Assembly (NCBI GenBank): GCA_028716245.1
Contig: JAQUQW010000002.1
Coordinates: forward strand, 421,346 to 485,345
Source: Candidatus Omnitrophota bacterium
GTDB lineage: Bacteria > Omnitrophota > Gorgyraeia > Gygaellales > Profunditerraquicolaceae
Direction of reading: 5' to 3'
Length of the DNA stretch: 64,000 nt
The notes beneath the pieces were generated by a model, which ran no database searches, was not told where the DNA came from, and saw only the letters and a program-made list of their open reading frames with translations. Below, in pieces: positions 26,407 to 35,796 of the stretch. Positions within the stretch are counted from its first letter, which is position 1, and every line of letters begins with the position of its first letter. A program made the translations under genes and the position numbers.

Positions 26407-27925
26407 ATGGATTATTGCTTTAGCGGTTGTGCTTCCCACGCTGCTGGAAGTTATTGATATTTCGGTGGTGAATGTTTCGCTTGACCATATCCGCGGCAGC
26501 TTATCCGCCGGAATTGACGAGGCCACTTGGACAATTACCGCTTATCTGGTCTCCAACGCCATAATTATTCCTTTAACCGGTTGGCTAAGCCGGGTTTTTG
26601 GCAGGAAGCGCTATCTTATATTTTCGATGATGTTATTTACCGCCAGTTCTTTTATGTGCGGAAGCGCCACAACCCTGTCTGCCTTGGTTTTTTTTAGGGT
26701 TATTCAGGGATTAGGAGGAGGCGCTTTACAGCCGCTCTCCCAGGCAATATTGTTTGAAGCATTCCCGCCGGCTGAATATGGCATGGCTATGGCTTTGTTT
26801 GGTATTGGTGTGATGGTCGGGCCGATTGTCGGCCCGGTTCTAGGCGGTTGGATCACCGATAATTGGTCCTGGCACTGGATTTTTTATATTAACATTCCTA
26901 TCGGTATTATTTCAGTAATCATTATTATGTTATTCATCCGGGATCCTGATTATTTAAAGAGAGTAAAAGAAAAGATTGATTATTGGGGCCTGGCTTTGAT
27001 TGTTATTGGTATCGGTTGTTTACAGGTCATATTGGATAAAGGCCAGCGGGAGGATTGGTTTTCATCCGCCTTTATCATCAGGTTATCGATTATATCCGTT
27101 GTTGCTTTAATTTTATTTATTATTGTTGAGCAGAAAGTGCGCGAGCCGGTATTGAATTTAAGGCAATTTAAGGACCTTTCTTTTACCAGCGCCAATATTA
27201 TTCAGTGTGTTTCCTTTTTTGTGCTCTTTGCAACTATTTTATTATTGCCGATGTTTCTGCAGCAGTTGATGGGTTATAACGCGTTTCTTTCGGGCTTAGC
27301 GCTTGCTCCCGGAGGCATCGCTACGCTTTTTTCTATGCCTTTGGCAGCTAGATTGATTATCAAGTTCAATCCCAAGGCAGTTTTAGTTTCAGGGCTTTTT
27401 ATCACCGCGTATTCTGTTTTTATTATGTCCGGTTTCAACTTCTACATTGATTTTGATACTATAGGTTTATCCAGGATTATTATGGGGATTGGGCTGGGGT
27501 TGATTTTTGTTCCGTTGACAAGTATGGCCTTTAGCACCATAAATAAAGAGCACATGGGTAATGCCACCAGTATTTTTAACTTGTTGCGGAATATCTCAGG
27601 GAGTTTTGGAGTAGCGGTTATGACTACGCTTATTGCCAGAAGGATGCAATTCCACCAGTTTAGGCTTACCGAACAGCTTAATCCTCTGGATTATCATTAC
27701 CAGATCGGTATGCATCAGGCTAAAGCTGTTTTAGGAGCAACCGGAGCAGCCGTAAATAATTCAGCTGCCCAGGGGATTATTTATCGGCAGTTAATCCGGC
27801 AGGCAAATCTTTTTTCTTTTAATGACGCATTTTATGTTTCAACGATCATACTGCTCTGTGTTATTCCGGTTGTTTTATTGCTAAAAGGGGCTAAAAATAC
27901 TAAAGTAGTTTTGGGGGCGCATTAA
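26390..27925 (+). CDS. emrB: MFS DHA2-family (EmrB/QacA-like, 14-TMS) drug efflux transporter
   Basis: 14 predicted TMs with MFS motif A-like 'GWLSRVFGRKR'. Confidence 0.85.
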   Translation: MIKANKWIIALAVVLPTLLEVIDISVVNVSLDHIRGSLSAGIDEATWTITAYLVSNAIIIPLTGWLSRVFGRKRYLIFSMMLFTASSFMCGSATTLSALVFFRVIQGLGGGALQPLSQAILFEAFPPAEYGMAMALFGIGVMVGPIVGPVLGGWITDNWSWHWIFYINIPIGIISVIIIMLFIRDPDYLKRVKEKIDYWGLALIVIGIGCLQVILDKGQREDWFSSAFIIRLSIISVVALILFIIVEQKVREPVLNLRQFKDLSFTSANIIQCVSFFVLFATILLLPMFLQQLMGYNAFLSGLALAPGGIATLFSMPLAARLIIKFNPKAVLVSGLFITAYSVFIMSGFNFYIDFDTIGLSRIIMGIGLGLIFVPLTSMAFSTINKEHMGNATSIFNLLRNISGSFGVAVMTTLIARRMQFHQFRLTEQLNPLDYHYQIGMHQAKAVLGATGAAVNNSAAQGIIYRQLIRQANLFSFNDAFYVSTIILLCVIPVVLLLKGAKNTKVVLGAH

Positions 27926-27926
27926 T

Positions 27927-29201
27927 ATGTGTAGATGTTTTAAGCTATTCTTAATTTTATTTTTATTTTGTTTGGTTTCTTCCGGCAGAGCAGAAGCAGA
28001 AGAGGTGCTTACTTGGGGTGATTGTATCAAGGAGGCAGCCAAGAACCACCCGGATTTAATCGCCGCCCAGGAAAGCGTCAAACAATCCCGGGCTTCTAAG
28101 CAGCAAACCGCCAGCGGTTTATTTCCTCAAATAACCGCGGATGCCAGCGGAGCTACCGCTAAAACCGCAGGCAGTTTAGGCAGCAAAACTGCCGATACGT
28201 ATAGTTATGGAGTAACCGGAACACAGCTTATCTTCGACGGGCTTAAGACAATTAATAATGTGAGAGCGGCTTCAGAAACTATATCCGCGGCAAAGCAGGG
28301 ATTTAAATTTACTTCCACTACGGTCAGATTCAGGCTGCGTTCGGCATTCATCGATCTCCTGAAAGCCCAAGAGATGCTGCGGATTACCGAAGAGATTTAT
28401 AATATCAGGAGGGATAATTTAGAGTTGATTACTTTGCGTTACGGGTCCGGGCTTGAACATAAAGGCGCTTTATTAACCGCGGAGGCGGATTTAGCGCAGG
28501 CAAAATACGGGATCTCCCAAACCAAAAGAGAGGTTGAGGTTGCCCAGAGGGAAATGGTCAAAGAGATGGGCAGGAAGCAACCGACAGCAATGTATGCTCA
28601 GGGGGATTTCCGGGTAAAAGACAGCGCTTTAGAAAAACCTGATTTTCCGGCTTTAGCAAAAAATAATCCTTCTTTACAGCAGCTTATCGCCCAAAAACGT
28701 TCAGCCGAATTTAGTTTAAAATCCGCTTACGCTAATTTTTTCCCGCAGCTTACCGGCAGCGCCGGCGCCAATAGGACCGGGGCCCATTGGACTCCCACAG
28801 GAGACCAGTACAATTTAGGGCTTGCTCTATCTCTGCCTTTATTTGAAGGCGGATTAAGAATCGCCCAGGTATCCCAAGCCAGCGCTTTAGTCAAGCAACT
28901 GCAGGAAAATGAAAGAAGCACTCTAGACGGTGTTATTTTGACATTACAGCAAACCTGGGCAACTTTACAGGATACGCTGGAGAATGTTAATGTGCAGTAT
29001 AAAGTATTAATTGCCGCGCAAGAGCGTTCCAAAATTGCCCAGGCGCAATATTCAATCGGATTAGTTAGCTTTGATAACTGGACGATCATTGAGGATAACC
29101 TGGTAAAAGCCAAAAGTAATTATTTAGATGCCCAGGCGGCCGCGCTATTAGCCGAAGCAAAATGGATTCAGGCGAAAGGAGAAACTTTAGAATATGACTA
29201 A
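27927..29201 (+). CDS. TolC-family outer-membrane efflux protein
   Basis: Signal peptide 'LFLILFLFCLVSSGRAEA' and two OEP repeats. Confidence 0.8.
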   Translation: MCRCFKLFLILFLFCLVSSGRAEAEEVLTWGDCIKEAAKNHPDLIAAQESVKQSRASKQQTASGLFPQITADASGATAKTAGSLGSKTADTYSYGVTGTQLIFDGLKTINNVRAASETISAAKQGFKFTSTTVRFRLRSAFIDLLKAQEMLRITEEIYNIRRDNLELITLRYGSGLEHKGALLTAEADLAQAKYGISQTKREVEVAQREMVKEMGRKQPTAMYAQGDFRVKDSALEKPDFPALAKNNPSLQQLIAQKRSAEFSLKSAYANFFPQLTGSAGANRTGAHWTPTGDQYNLGLALSLPLFEGGLRIAQVSQASALVKQLQENERSTLDGVILTLQQTWATLQDTLENVNVQYKVLIAAQERSKIAQAQYSIGLVSFDNWTIIEDNLVKAKSNYLDAQAAALLAEAKWIQAKGETLEYD

Positions 29202-30165
29202 AAAATTAAAAATAGGTTTAATCGCCGCAGGAGTTTTAATCGCTATCGTCTTTATGGTGATGAAGTTTAAGCCCAAGGCGGATACGGATAATATTGTTAA
29301 AGAGATAAACCCCGCTCACGGTTCAATCCAAGCGATTATATCGACCACCGGAACAGTTTTGCCCAAAAACCGGCTGGAGATTAAACCTCCGGTTGGCGGC
29401 CGGATAGAAAGTATTCTGGTCAAGGAGGGCCAGAAGGTTAAGGCAGGAGAAATAGTTGCCTGGATGAGCTCAACTGAAAGGGCGGCCCTGCTTGATGCTG
29501 CCCGCGGCCAAGGGGAAGAAAAATTAAAATATTGGCAGGAGGCTTATAAGCCGATAGCCTTGCTGGCTCCTATTGACGCGGAGGTTATTGTGGCTACGAC
29601 TCAACCCGGGCAAACCGTGACTACCGCTGATGCGGTGGTTGTTTTATCGGACAAGCTTATCGCCCGGGCCCAGGTCGATGAAACAGATATCGGAAAAGTA
29701 AAGCTTGGACAGAGGGCCGTAATCATCCTCGATGCCTATCCGGATACTAAGATTAAGGCTGCGGTTGAACATATATATTATGAATCACAAACCGTAAACA
29801 ATGTAACTATATATCCGGTTGATCTTCTTCCCGAGGAGGTTCCGGATTTCTTCCGCTCCGGGATGAATGCGACCATAAATTTTGTAGAGAAAAGCAAAGA
29901 AGATGCCTTGCTTATCCCGGCGGGGGCCGTGTATAATGATAAAGAGAAAAGGTTTGTTTTGATCAAAAAAGAAGGCCAGGCTGAACCGGTTATTCAAACA
30001 GTTAAATTGGGTATAACCGATGATAAAAATGCCGAGGTTATTTCCGGGGTTACCGAGCAAGACACCTTAATATTGAAAAACAAGAAATTTGTCCTTCCAA
30101 AAAGCGATATGGGAAGCAGCCCGTTTATACCGTTTGGCCGGAAAAAAGAAGCGCCTGAAAAATAA
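29194..30165 (+). CDS. macA: MacA-like periplasmic adaptor (HlyD_D23 family)
   Basis: N-terminal TM and membrane-fusion domains. It precedes the MacB-type ABC gene. Confidence 0.8.
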   Translation: MTKKLKIGLIAAGVLIAIVFMVMKFKPKADTDNIVKEINPAHGSIQAIISTTGTVLPKNRLEIKPPVGGRIESILVKEGQKVKAGEIVAWMSSTERAALLDAARGQGEEKLKYWQEAYKPIALLAPIDAEVIVATTQPGQTVTTADAVVVLSDKLIARAQVDETDIGKVKLGQRAVIILDAYPDTKIKAAVEHIYYESQTVNNVTIYPVDLLPEEVPDFFRSGMNATINFVEKSKEDALLIPAGAVYNDKEKRFVLIKKEGQAEPVIQTVKLGITDDKNAEVISGVTEQDTLILKNKKFVLPKSDMGSSPFIPFGRKKEAPEK

Positions 30166-30172
30166 TTTTAAA

Positions 30173-32146
30173 ATGATCGAAATAAAAAATATATTTAAAA
30201 CCTATCAAATGGGGCAAACCGAGGTTAAGGCTTTAAATGACGTATCCTTAAAAATCTCTTCGGGAGAGCTTGTCGCCATTATGGGGGCTTCCGGATCCGG
30301 CAAATCCACGCTTATGCATATTTTAGGTTTGCTTGACCGTCCGGATTCGGGTTCTTATTATTTGGGCGGCAAGGAGATTACCAGGCTTTCCGATGAAGAA
30401 TTGGCCGCTTTACGCAACAGGACCATCGGTTTTGTTTTTCAGCAGTTTCATTTATTACCGCGCATGACCGCTCTTGAAAATGCGGAGCTGCCTTTAATTT
30501 ATGCCGGTAAAAGGCATCTAAAAGATAAGGCCAAACAGGAGCTTGAGGAGGTAGGTTTAAAAGACAGGATGCTCCACCGGCCCAATGAAATGTCCGGAGG
30601 CCAGCAGCAGAGGGTAGCCATTGCGCGTTCCTTGGTTAATGAACCTTTAATTATACTCGCGGATGAACCTACGGGTAACCTGGACTCAAAAAGCAAGACC
30701 GAGATAGTTACCATACTGCAAAGGCTTAACCAAAAAGGGAAAACCGTGGTTATAGTTACGCATGAACCGGAGATCGCCTCTTTCTGCCGCAGGGTTATCC
30801 AGATGCGCGACGGAGTGATTATTTCCGATAAGCGTACTCAGGAAGAAACAAAAGTAACCGAAGTAGTTTCTATAGAAAACAGCCTGGTAAACAACGTTCT
30901 TTCAAAACCCCGGAAAATTTCCGGAGAAACTAAATTTCTCGATTATCTGCGTCAGGCGGTATCGGCTATGTTTTCCCATAAGATGCGTTCAGTCCTGTCT
31001 ATTCTGGGCATATTAATCGGAGTGGCCGCGGTTATTGCTATGTTGGCATTGGGCCAGGGGGCTAAGGAGTCCATTGAGAAACAACTGGCATCTTTAGGGT
31101 CTAATCTCCTGGTAGTCAGGCCTGGTTCTTCAAGGCTGCACGGAGTAGCAATGCAGACAGGTACGGTTACGCGTTTTACCCTGGCAGACGTAGCTGCCAT
31201 TGGTAAGCTAACTGACGTGGTTAAGAGCGCCAGCCCCTCGGTAAGAGGAAGAGGCCAGATGGTCTATGGAAATAATAACTGGAATACGCAGGTTGAAGGG
31301 GTGGGGGTTGAATATGAGTCTATCCGCGCGGCATCTCCGCCGGTAGGAAGATTTTTTAGTGAGACGGAATTAAAGATGCGGGATAAAGTTGTTTTACTGG
31401 GCACAACCGTAGTGAAAGAATTATTTGGAGAAACCGATCCTATCGGCCAGACAATAAAGATAAACCTGCTTAATTTTAAAGTGATCGGTATTCTGCCGGT
31501 TAAAGGAGCCAATGCTTTTCAAGATCAGGATGATATGGCGATTATTCCAATTACCACGGCTATGTTCCGGGTTTTTGGCAAGGAATATGTTGATACTATT
31601 TATGTGGAAGCAAAAACTCCGGATACCATTGACGCGGCCCAAACCGCGGTATCCGATTTAATCATAAAACAGCACCGGATTAATCCTAAGGACGCGGATG
31701 ATTCATTCCAGATCCGTAACACAGCAGATATCAAGAATACGCTTGAGACCACCACTAAAACGATGTCAATGCTATTAGGGGCGATCGCGGCAATATCGCT
31801 TCTTGTCGGCGGCATTGGGATTATGAATATTATGCTTGTTTCGGTAACTGAAAGAACGCGTGAGATTGGCCTACGCAAGGCAATCGGGGCAACCAATAAA
31901 GATATCATGGTGCAGTTTCTCATTGAAGCAATGCTGATGTCGTTTCTCGGCGGATTATTTGGCGTGGCTTTTGGATGGGGCATCGCTACATTGATTACAA
32001 TTTTTGCCGGATGGAGCGTAAAGGTTTCATTGTTCTCTGTGCTTCTTTCAACCATATTTTCTTTAGTCATCGGGATAATCTTCGGCCTCTGGCCTGCGAA
32101 AAAAGCAGCTTCCCTTGACCCTATCGAAGCATTAAGATACGAGTAA
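30173..32146 (+). CDS. macB: MacB-type ABC transporter (fused ATPase + FtsX-like permease)
   Basis: Walker A 'GASGSGKSTL', signature 'MSGGQQQRVAIARSL' and Walker B 'LADEPTGNLD', followed by a 4-TM FtsX/MacB periplasmic-domain permease. The track start at 30089 is an over-extension. The ATG at 30173 follows the macA stop. Confidence 0.85.
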   Translation: MIEIKNIFKTYQMGQTEVKALNDVSLKISSGELVAIMGASGSGKSTLMHILGLLDRPDSGSYYLGGKEITRLSDEELAALRNRTIGFVFQQFHLLPRMTALENAELPLIYAGKRHLKDKAKQELEEVGLKDRMLHRPNEMSGGQQQRVAIARSLVNEPLIILADEPTGNLDSKSKTEIVTILQRLNQKGKTVVIVTHEPEIASFCRRVIQMRDGVIISDKRTQEETKVTEVVSIENSLVNNVLSKPRKISGETKFLDYLRQAVSAMFSHKMRSVLSILGILIGVAAVIAMLALGQGAKESIEKQLASLGSNLLVVRPGSSRLHGVAMQTGTVTRFTLADVAAIGKLTDVVKSASPSVRGRGQMVYGNNNWNTQVEGVGVEYESIRAASPPVGRFFSETELKMRDKVVLLGTTVVKELFGETDPIGQTIKINLLNFKVIGILPVKGANAFQDQDDMAIIPITTAMFRVFGKEYVDTIYVEAKTPDTIDAAQTAVSDLIIKQHRINPKDADDSFQIRNTADIKNTLETTTKTMSMLLGAIAAISLLVGGIGIMNIMLVSVTERTREIGLRKAIGATNKDIMVQFLIEAMLMSFLGGLFGVAFGWGIATLITIFAGWSVKVSLFSVLLSTIFSLVIGIIFGLWPAKKAASLDPIEALRYE

Positions 32147-32147
32147 A

Positions 32148-32196
32148 ATAGGGACAGCGACCATTTATTTTAAAATAAATGGTCGCTGTCCCTATT
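32148..32196 (+). terminator. Rho-independent terminator
   Basis: A ~22-bp perfect palindrome 'aatagggacagcgaccatttatttt/aaaataaatggtcgctgtccctatt'. Confidence 0.7.
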
Positions 32197-32206
32197 TAAA
32201 ATAACC

Positions 32207-33325
32207 ATGAAGGTATTAACTCAGTTTGAAAGAAAATCGTTTTTATTTCAGGATCCGGAATTTATTATATCCTGCACCGATCCCGCTTTATTTACGGCAG
32301 CTTTTGAAAATATCGAAGAAGCGCTTGGTAAGGGATATTATTTAGCCGGGTTTTTATCTTACGAAGCCGGATATTGTTTTGAAGAAAAATTACGTAAGGA
32401 CAAACAGTATGAATTTCCGCTAATCTATCTGGGCGCGTATAAAAAGCCTGAGCAAAACAAAACTGAATTTCCTAAATTAGCCCCTTCGGATTATCCGGAA
32501 AATTTCTTTTTAAATATCACCCGCCAACAATATTCTTTGGATATAGAAGCGATTCGCGATTATATCGCCAAAGGCGACGTCTACCAGATTACTTACTGCA
32601 TTAAATTATTTTTTAGATTTAATGGTCAAGCGCTCTCCCTTTATAATCAGCTGTTGAAAGAGCAGCCTGTGCCGTATCCGGCCTATATCCAAACCGACAA
32701 CTTCCATATCCTTTCTTTATCCCCGGAGTTGTTTATTAAGAAAAAATCGGCACATTTGGTCACCAAGCCGATGAAAGGCACCTGGTCGCGAGGTAATGGA
32801 ATGCTTTCGGATTTAATCGCGCCGCTGCGCCTTAAGTACGACCGTAAAAACCGGGCGGAAAACGTGATGATTGCCGATCTTTTAAGGAATGACTTGGGGA
32901 GGATGGGGGTCAATATTAAGGCGCCAACTCTTTTTGAGGTAGCCAGGTATAAAACTCTTTGCCAGATGACCTCCACCGTAACTGCCAAGATCGACAAGAA
33001 TCTACCTGTTTATAAACTGCTTTCTTCGATTTTTCCTTCCGGATCAGTTACCGGAGCTCCCAAAATCCGCGCTATGCAGATAATCAATGAGCTGGAAAGA
33101 GAAGAGCGCAAGATCTATACCGGAGCCATCGGCTATATCACTCCTGATAGGGATATGTTTTTTAATATTCCCATCCGCACGCTTTTAATCCAAGGCAATC
33201 AGGGGGAGATGGGTATTGGCGGGGGGATAGTTTGGGACTCCACCCCTGACGGAGAATGGAGCGAAGGCCTGCTTAAAGCCAAATTCCTGACGGATCTTGC
33301 CAAGACGCCTTTTATCCCAGAATAA
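32207..33325 (+). CDS. pabB: Chorismate-binding enzyme (aminodeoxychorismate synthase component I / PabB-like, short form)
   Basis: 'LVTKPMKGT', 'ENVMIADLLRND', 'SGSVTGAPKIRAMQII' and 'IYTGAIGY'. At 372 aa it lacks part of the N-terminal domain of canonical PabB/TrpE. Confidence 0.65.
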   Translation: MKVLTQFERKSFLFQDPEFIISCTDPALFTAAFENIEEALGKGYYLAGFLSYEAGYCFEEKLRKDKQYEFPLIYLGAYKKPEQNKTEFPKLAPSDYPENFFLNITRQQYSLDIEAIRDYIAKGDVYQITYCIKLFFRFNGQALSLYNQLLKEQPVPYPAYIQTDNFHILSLSPELFIKKKSAHLVTKPMKGTWSRGNGMLSDLIAPLRLKYDRKNRAENVMIADLLRNDLGRMGVNIKAPTLFEVARYKTLCQMTSTVTAKIDKNLPVYKLLSSIFPSGSVTGAPKIRAMQIINELEREERKIYTGAIGYITPDRDMFFNIPIRTLLIQGNQGEMGIGGGIVWDSTPDGEWSEGLLKAKFLTDLAKTPFIPE

Positions 33326-33361
33326 GACCCTGTTTCCTAGCCAATCGGGAAACAGGGTCTT
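33324..33361 (+). terminator. Stem-loop terminator
   Basis: 'aagaccctgtttcc-tagccaatc-gggaaacagggtctt'. Confidence 0.6.
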
Positions 33362-33588
33362 ATTCCAAAAATAAATAACTTTTTACTGGACAAATCCCAA
33401 AAATGTGTTAGACTTATCAACGTAGTGAATAAAGGATAAGAGGTTTGTAGACCGCGAGGTTTAGAAAACTAACCTTCGCGGTTTTTTGTTCCCAACGCTT
33501 CTGGCGTTGGGATTCCGCCGAGAAGTTATTGGGTGGCTGCATTCTGCCGTTATTTGCTAAAATTTTAGAGGAGAGGGGGTAGTAAATA

Positions 33589-33789
33589 ATGGCAAAGGGA
33601 AAAGTAAAGTGGTTTTCAGACCAAAAAGGTTTTGGGTTTATCACACCTGAATCCGGTAGCGATGTATTCGTTCATCACAGCGCGATCCAGGGTGAAGGTT
33701 ATAAATCTTTAGCCGAGGGCCAGGATGTTGAGTTTAACATCGAAAAAGGACCTAAGGGCGAACAGGCTACTAATGTAGTCAAGCTCTAA
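33589..33789 (+). CDS. cspA: Cold-shock protein (CspA family)
   Basis: '[18 protein letters not shown]...DVFVHHSAI' contains RNP1 and RNP2. A hairpin plus T-run terminator lies at 33805-33845. Confidence 0.9.
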   Translation: MAKGKVKWFSDQKGFGFITPESGSDVFVHHSAIQGEGYKSLAEGQDVEFNIEKGPKGEQATNVVKL

Positions 33790-33858
33790 AGCTAAAAAAA
33801 CAAAATAGCCTGGCTTCTATAACTGGAGGCCAGGCTATTTTTTAAAAAAGGAGTCAGA

Positions 33859-34059
33859 ATGAATACGGGAAAAATCAAAAAGCTGGTCCGCGATCGCGGG
33901 TTTGGTTTTATCAGCGATACCGACGGCAGGGAAGTGTTTTTTCACCAGAATAGCTTGGTTGAAGTAAAATTTGACGCTTTAAACGAAGAACAGGTAGTAA
34001 CCTATGATATTGAAAAATCCGATAAAGGCCCGCGCGCGGTCAATGTGCATATCGCCTGA
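33859..34059 (+). CDS. Cold-shock-domain protein (divergent paralogue)
   Basis: 'GKIKKLVRDRGFGFISDTDGREVFFHQNSL'. Confidence 0.8.
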   Translation: MNTGKIKKLVRDRGFGFISDTDGREVFFHQNSLVEVKFDALNEEQVVTYDIEKSDKGPRAVNVHIA

Positions 34060-34102
34060 TTTTTCTTGTTGATTTAGCGTAAAAGATTGTATAATGTAGG
34101 CT

Positions 34103-34489
34103 ATGAAAGTTAAAAGAAACACCAAAAAACTAATTATCGACTGCCTTAAATGCAAGAATCAGGCGGATTGCTGCCGGTTTGGGGCCTGGATTGACTTAGA
34201 TGAGGCCAAGAAAATATTAGCGCTGGGCATAAAAGGCGACTTTTTTCATTTAGAAAAAGACAAATCTTTTCCTTCCGGATATAAAGTCGGCACCAGCTAT
34301 GAAGATGAGCAGTGCGTCTTTTTGGATGCCGATGGCCTATGCCGGATCCATAAGGTTGATTACGCCGTTAAACCGGTAACCTGCAAGGAATTCCCCTACG
34401 AAGGCAAAAAAATCGCCCCAATCGCTAAAGTGTTGTGTGTTGTGCATAAATCTAAAATTAAGAGATCTAAAGCCAACCGGAGAAAATAG
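34103..34489 (+). CDS. YkgJ-family cysteine-cluster protein (putative Zn/Fe-chelating domain, UPF0153)
   Basis: 'CLKCKNQADCCRFG...CVFLDADGLCRIH' follows a CxxCxxxxCC pattern. A 'tataat' lies 7 nt upstream of the ATG, so the transcript is possibly leaderless. Confidence 0.55.
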   Translation: MKVKRNTKKLIIDCLKCKNQADCCRFGAWIDLDEAKKILALGIKGDFFHLEKDKSFPSGYKVGTSYEDEQCVFLDADGLCRIHKVDYAVKPVTCKEFPYEGKKIAPIAKVLCVVHKSKIKRSKANRRK

Positions 34490-34491
34490 AT

Positions 34492-34722
34492 ATGGAGAAT
34501 GAAAATAAGCCAAAGTGGTATTTTAAAAGTTGGTCGCTGGTCATATCTTTTCTTTGTGTCGGCCCGTTTATGCTTCCGCTGGTCTGGATAAATCCTCAAC
34601 TAAATAAAAAAGCCAAAATAATTATCACCGCGGTAATTTTGGTTTTAACGTACCTGTTAGTCATAGTTTCCCTGAAATCATTAAAAACGATAAGCACTTA
34701 TTACCAATTATCTACGCTTTAA
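34492..34722 (+). CDS. Small membrane protein, hypothetical
   Basis: Two hydrophobic helices. I recognise no motif. Confidence 0.3.
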   Translation: MENENKPKWYFKSWSLVISFLCVGPFMLPLVWINPQLNKKAKIIITAVILVLTYLLVIVSLKSLKTISTYYQLSTL

Positions 34723-34739
34723 AGTAGAAAACTGGTTTT

Positions 34740-34937
34740 ATGTCCGAATATATTTGTCCGCATTGCAAAAATCCAATCTTTGATGACGATGCCCTATTGT
34801 GCCTTTATTGCGGGGAAAGTCTCGGACGCGGTAAAGGTTTTATCAGCAGCCTGAAATACTCTAAACCAAAAGTAATCGCGATAACCGTAACAATCCTGAT
34901 TTTATTGAGTTTTATCATATTAATCATGCGTTCATAA
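34740..34937 (+). CDS. Small zinc-ribbon + TM protein, hypothetical
   Basis: 'CPHCKN...CLYCGE' zinc ribbon, then a C-terminal TM helix. Confidence 0.35.
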   Translation: MSEYICPHCKNPIFDDDALLCLYCGESLGRGKGFISSLKYSKPKVIAITVTILILLSFIILIMRS

Positions 34938-34962
34938 CTCCATTTTCATTCAAGGAAAAAAT

Positions 34963-35400
34963 ATGAAATATACTAAAGGAACGATCGGCAGGGTTTTTCT
35001 GGTAAAATTTGAAAATGATGATGTTTTAATCGATAACTTAAGCCAACTGGCTAAAAAGGAAGGGATTAAAGCGGCAACCCTGATTTTTATCGGCGCGCTT
35101 AAGCAGGGGGATATAGTTACCGGACCCAAGAAACCGGTGATTCCGCCACAGCCCAATAAACTCACCTTTAAAGATGGTTGGGAGGTAATGGGGATTGGCA
35201 CAATTTTTACCAATTCCAAAGGCCCGCAATTACACATTCACGCCAGTATGGGCAAGAAGAATAAAGTTTTGACCGGATGCGTGCGCGGCAAATCCAAGGT
35301 ATTTCTGGTTATCGAAGCGATAATCATCGAGTTAAAAGGGGTAAAGGCCGGCAAAGATATCGATCCTAAAACCGGGCTTAATCTTTTAAAAATTATTTGA
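34963..35400 (+). CDS. PPC/DUF296-like protein, hypothetical
   Basis: About 145 aa, with 'GRVFLVKFENDDVL...AATLIFIGAL' resembling bacterial PPC (DUF296) domains. RBS 'aaggaaaaaatatg'. Confidence 0.4.
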   Translation: MKYTKGTIGRVFLVKFENDDVLIDNLSQLAKKEGIKAATLIFIGALKQGDIVTGPKKPVIPPQPNKLTFKDGWEVMGIGTIFTNSKGPQLHIHASMGKKNKVLTGCVRGKSKVFLVIEAIIIELKGVKAGKDIDPKTGLNLLKII

Positions 35401-35459
35401 TTTGAAACTTGGTTTAAATATTTTCCCCGGTATGTTATAATATCCCAAAAGGAGCGGCT

Positions 35460-35780
35460 ATGGATTTTGGCGCGGTTAGAAAAGGTATGAAGTTGTTTAG
35501 TTTTGAGACGCGTACTGATTGCGATAATCTTTTCGAAGGGGTGATTCTCCAGCAGGAACTGGAGAAGCTTAATTTGCAATTGAAAAGTTTGCTTGGGGAG
35601 CCGGTTTATCCGTCGAAAAACAGGCTGGCGCACAAAGTGCGCACAACAGTGGATGGCTTTGGCGGGATTATGCCCGGCCAGATGCTCTATTATAAAGATT
35701 CGGGAAAAGACAGTATTTTCGCGATGCTCTGGCCCTGGAAAGACGGCCAGCACACTACCGTAAAGATTATTCAGCAATAA
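35460..35780 (+). CDS. Hypothetical protein
   Basis: RBS 'aaaaggagcggctatg'. I recognise no motif. The larger overlapping minus-strand ORF is rejected. Confidence 0.4.
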   Translation: MDFGAVRKGMKLFSFETRTDCDNLFEGVILQQELEKLNLQLKSLLGEPVYPSKNRLAHKVRTTVDGFGGIMPGQMLYYKDSGKDSIFAMLWPWKDGQHTTVKIIQQ

Positions 35781-35796
35781 TCAGATAGGAGATTCG

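Noticed and set aside
33400-33520. Possible tRNA in the hairpin-rich region upstream of cspA
   Set aside because: The hairpins are simple palindromes with U-tracts. No cloverleaf, no T-loop GGTTCGAAT-like box and no anticodon-arm arrangement could be found.
35238-35777. 179-aa minus-strand ORF, larger than the overlapping + ORF 35460..35780
   Set aside because: The + ORF has a canonical RBS ('aaaaggagcggctatg') and fits the uniform + strand organisation. The minus ORF has no RBS or motif. It is kept only as a low-confidence alternative.
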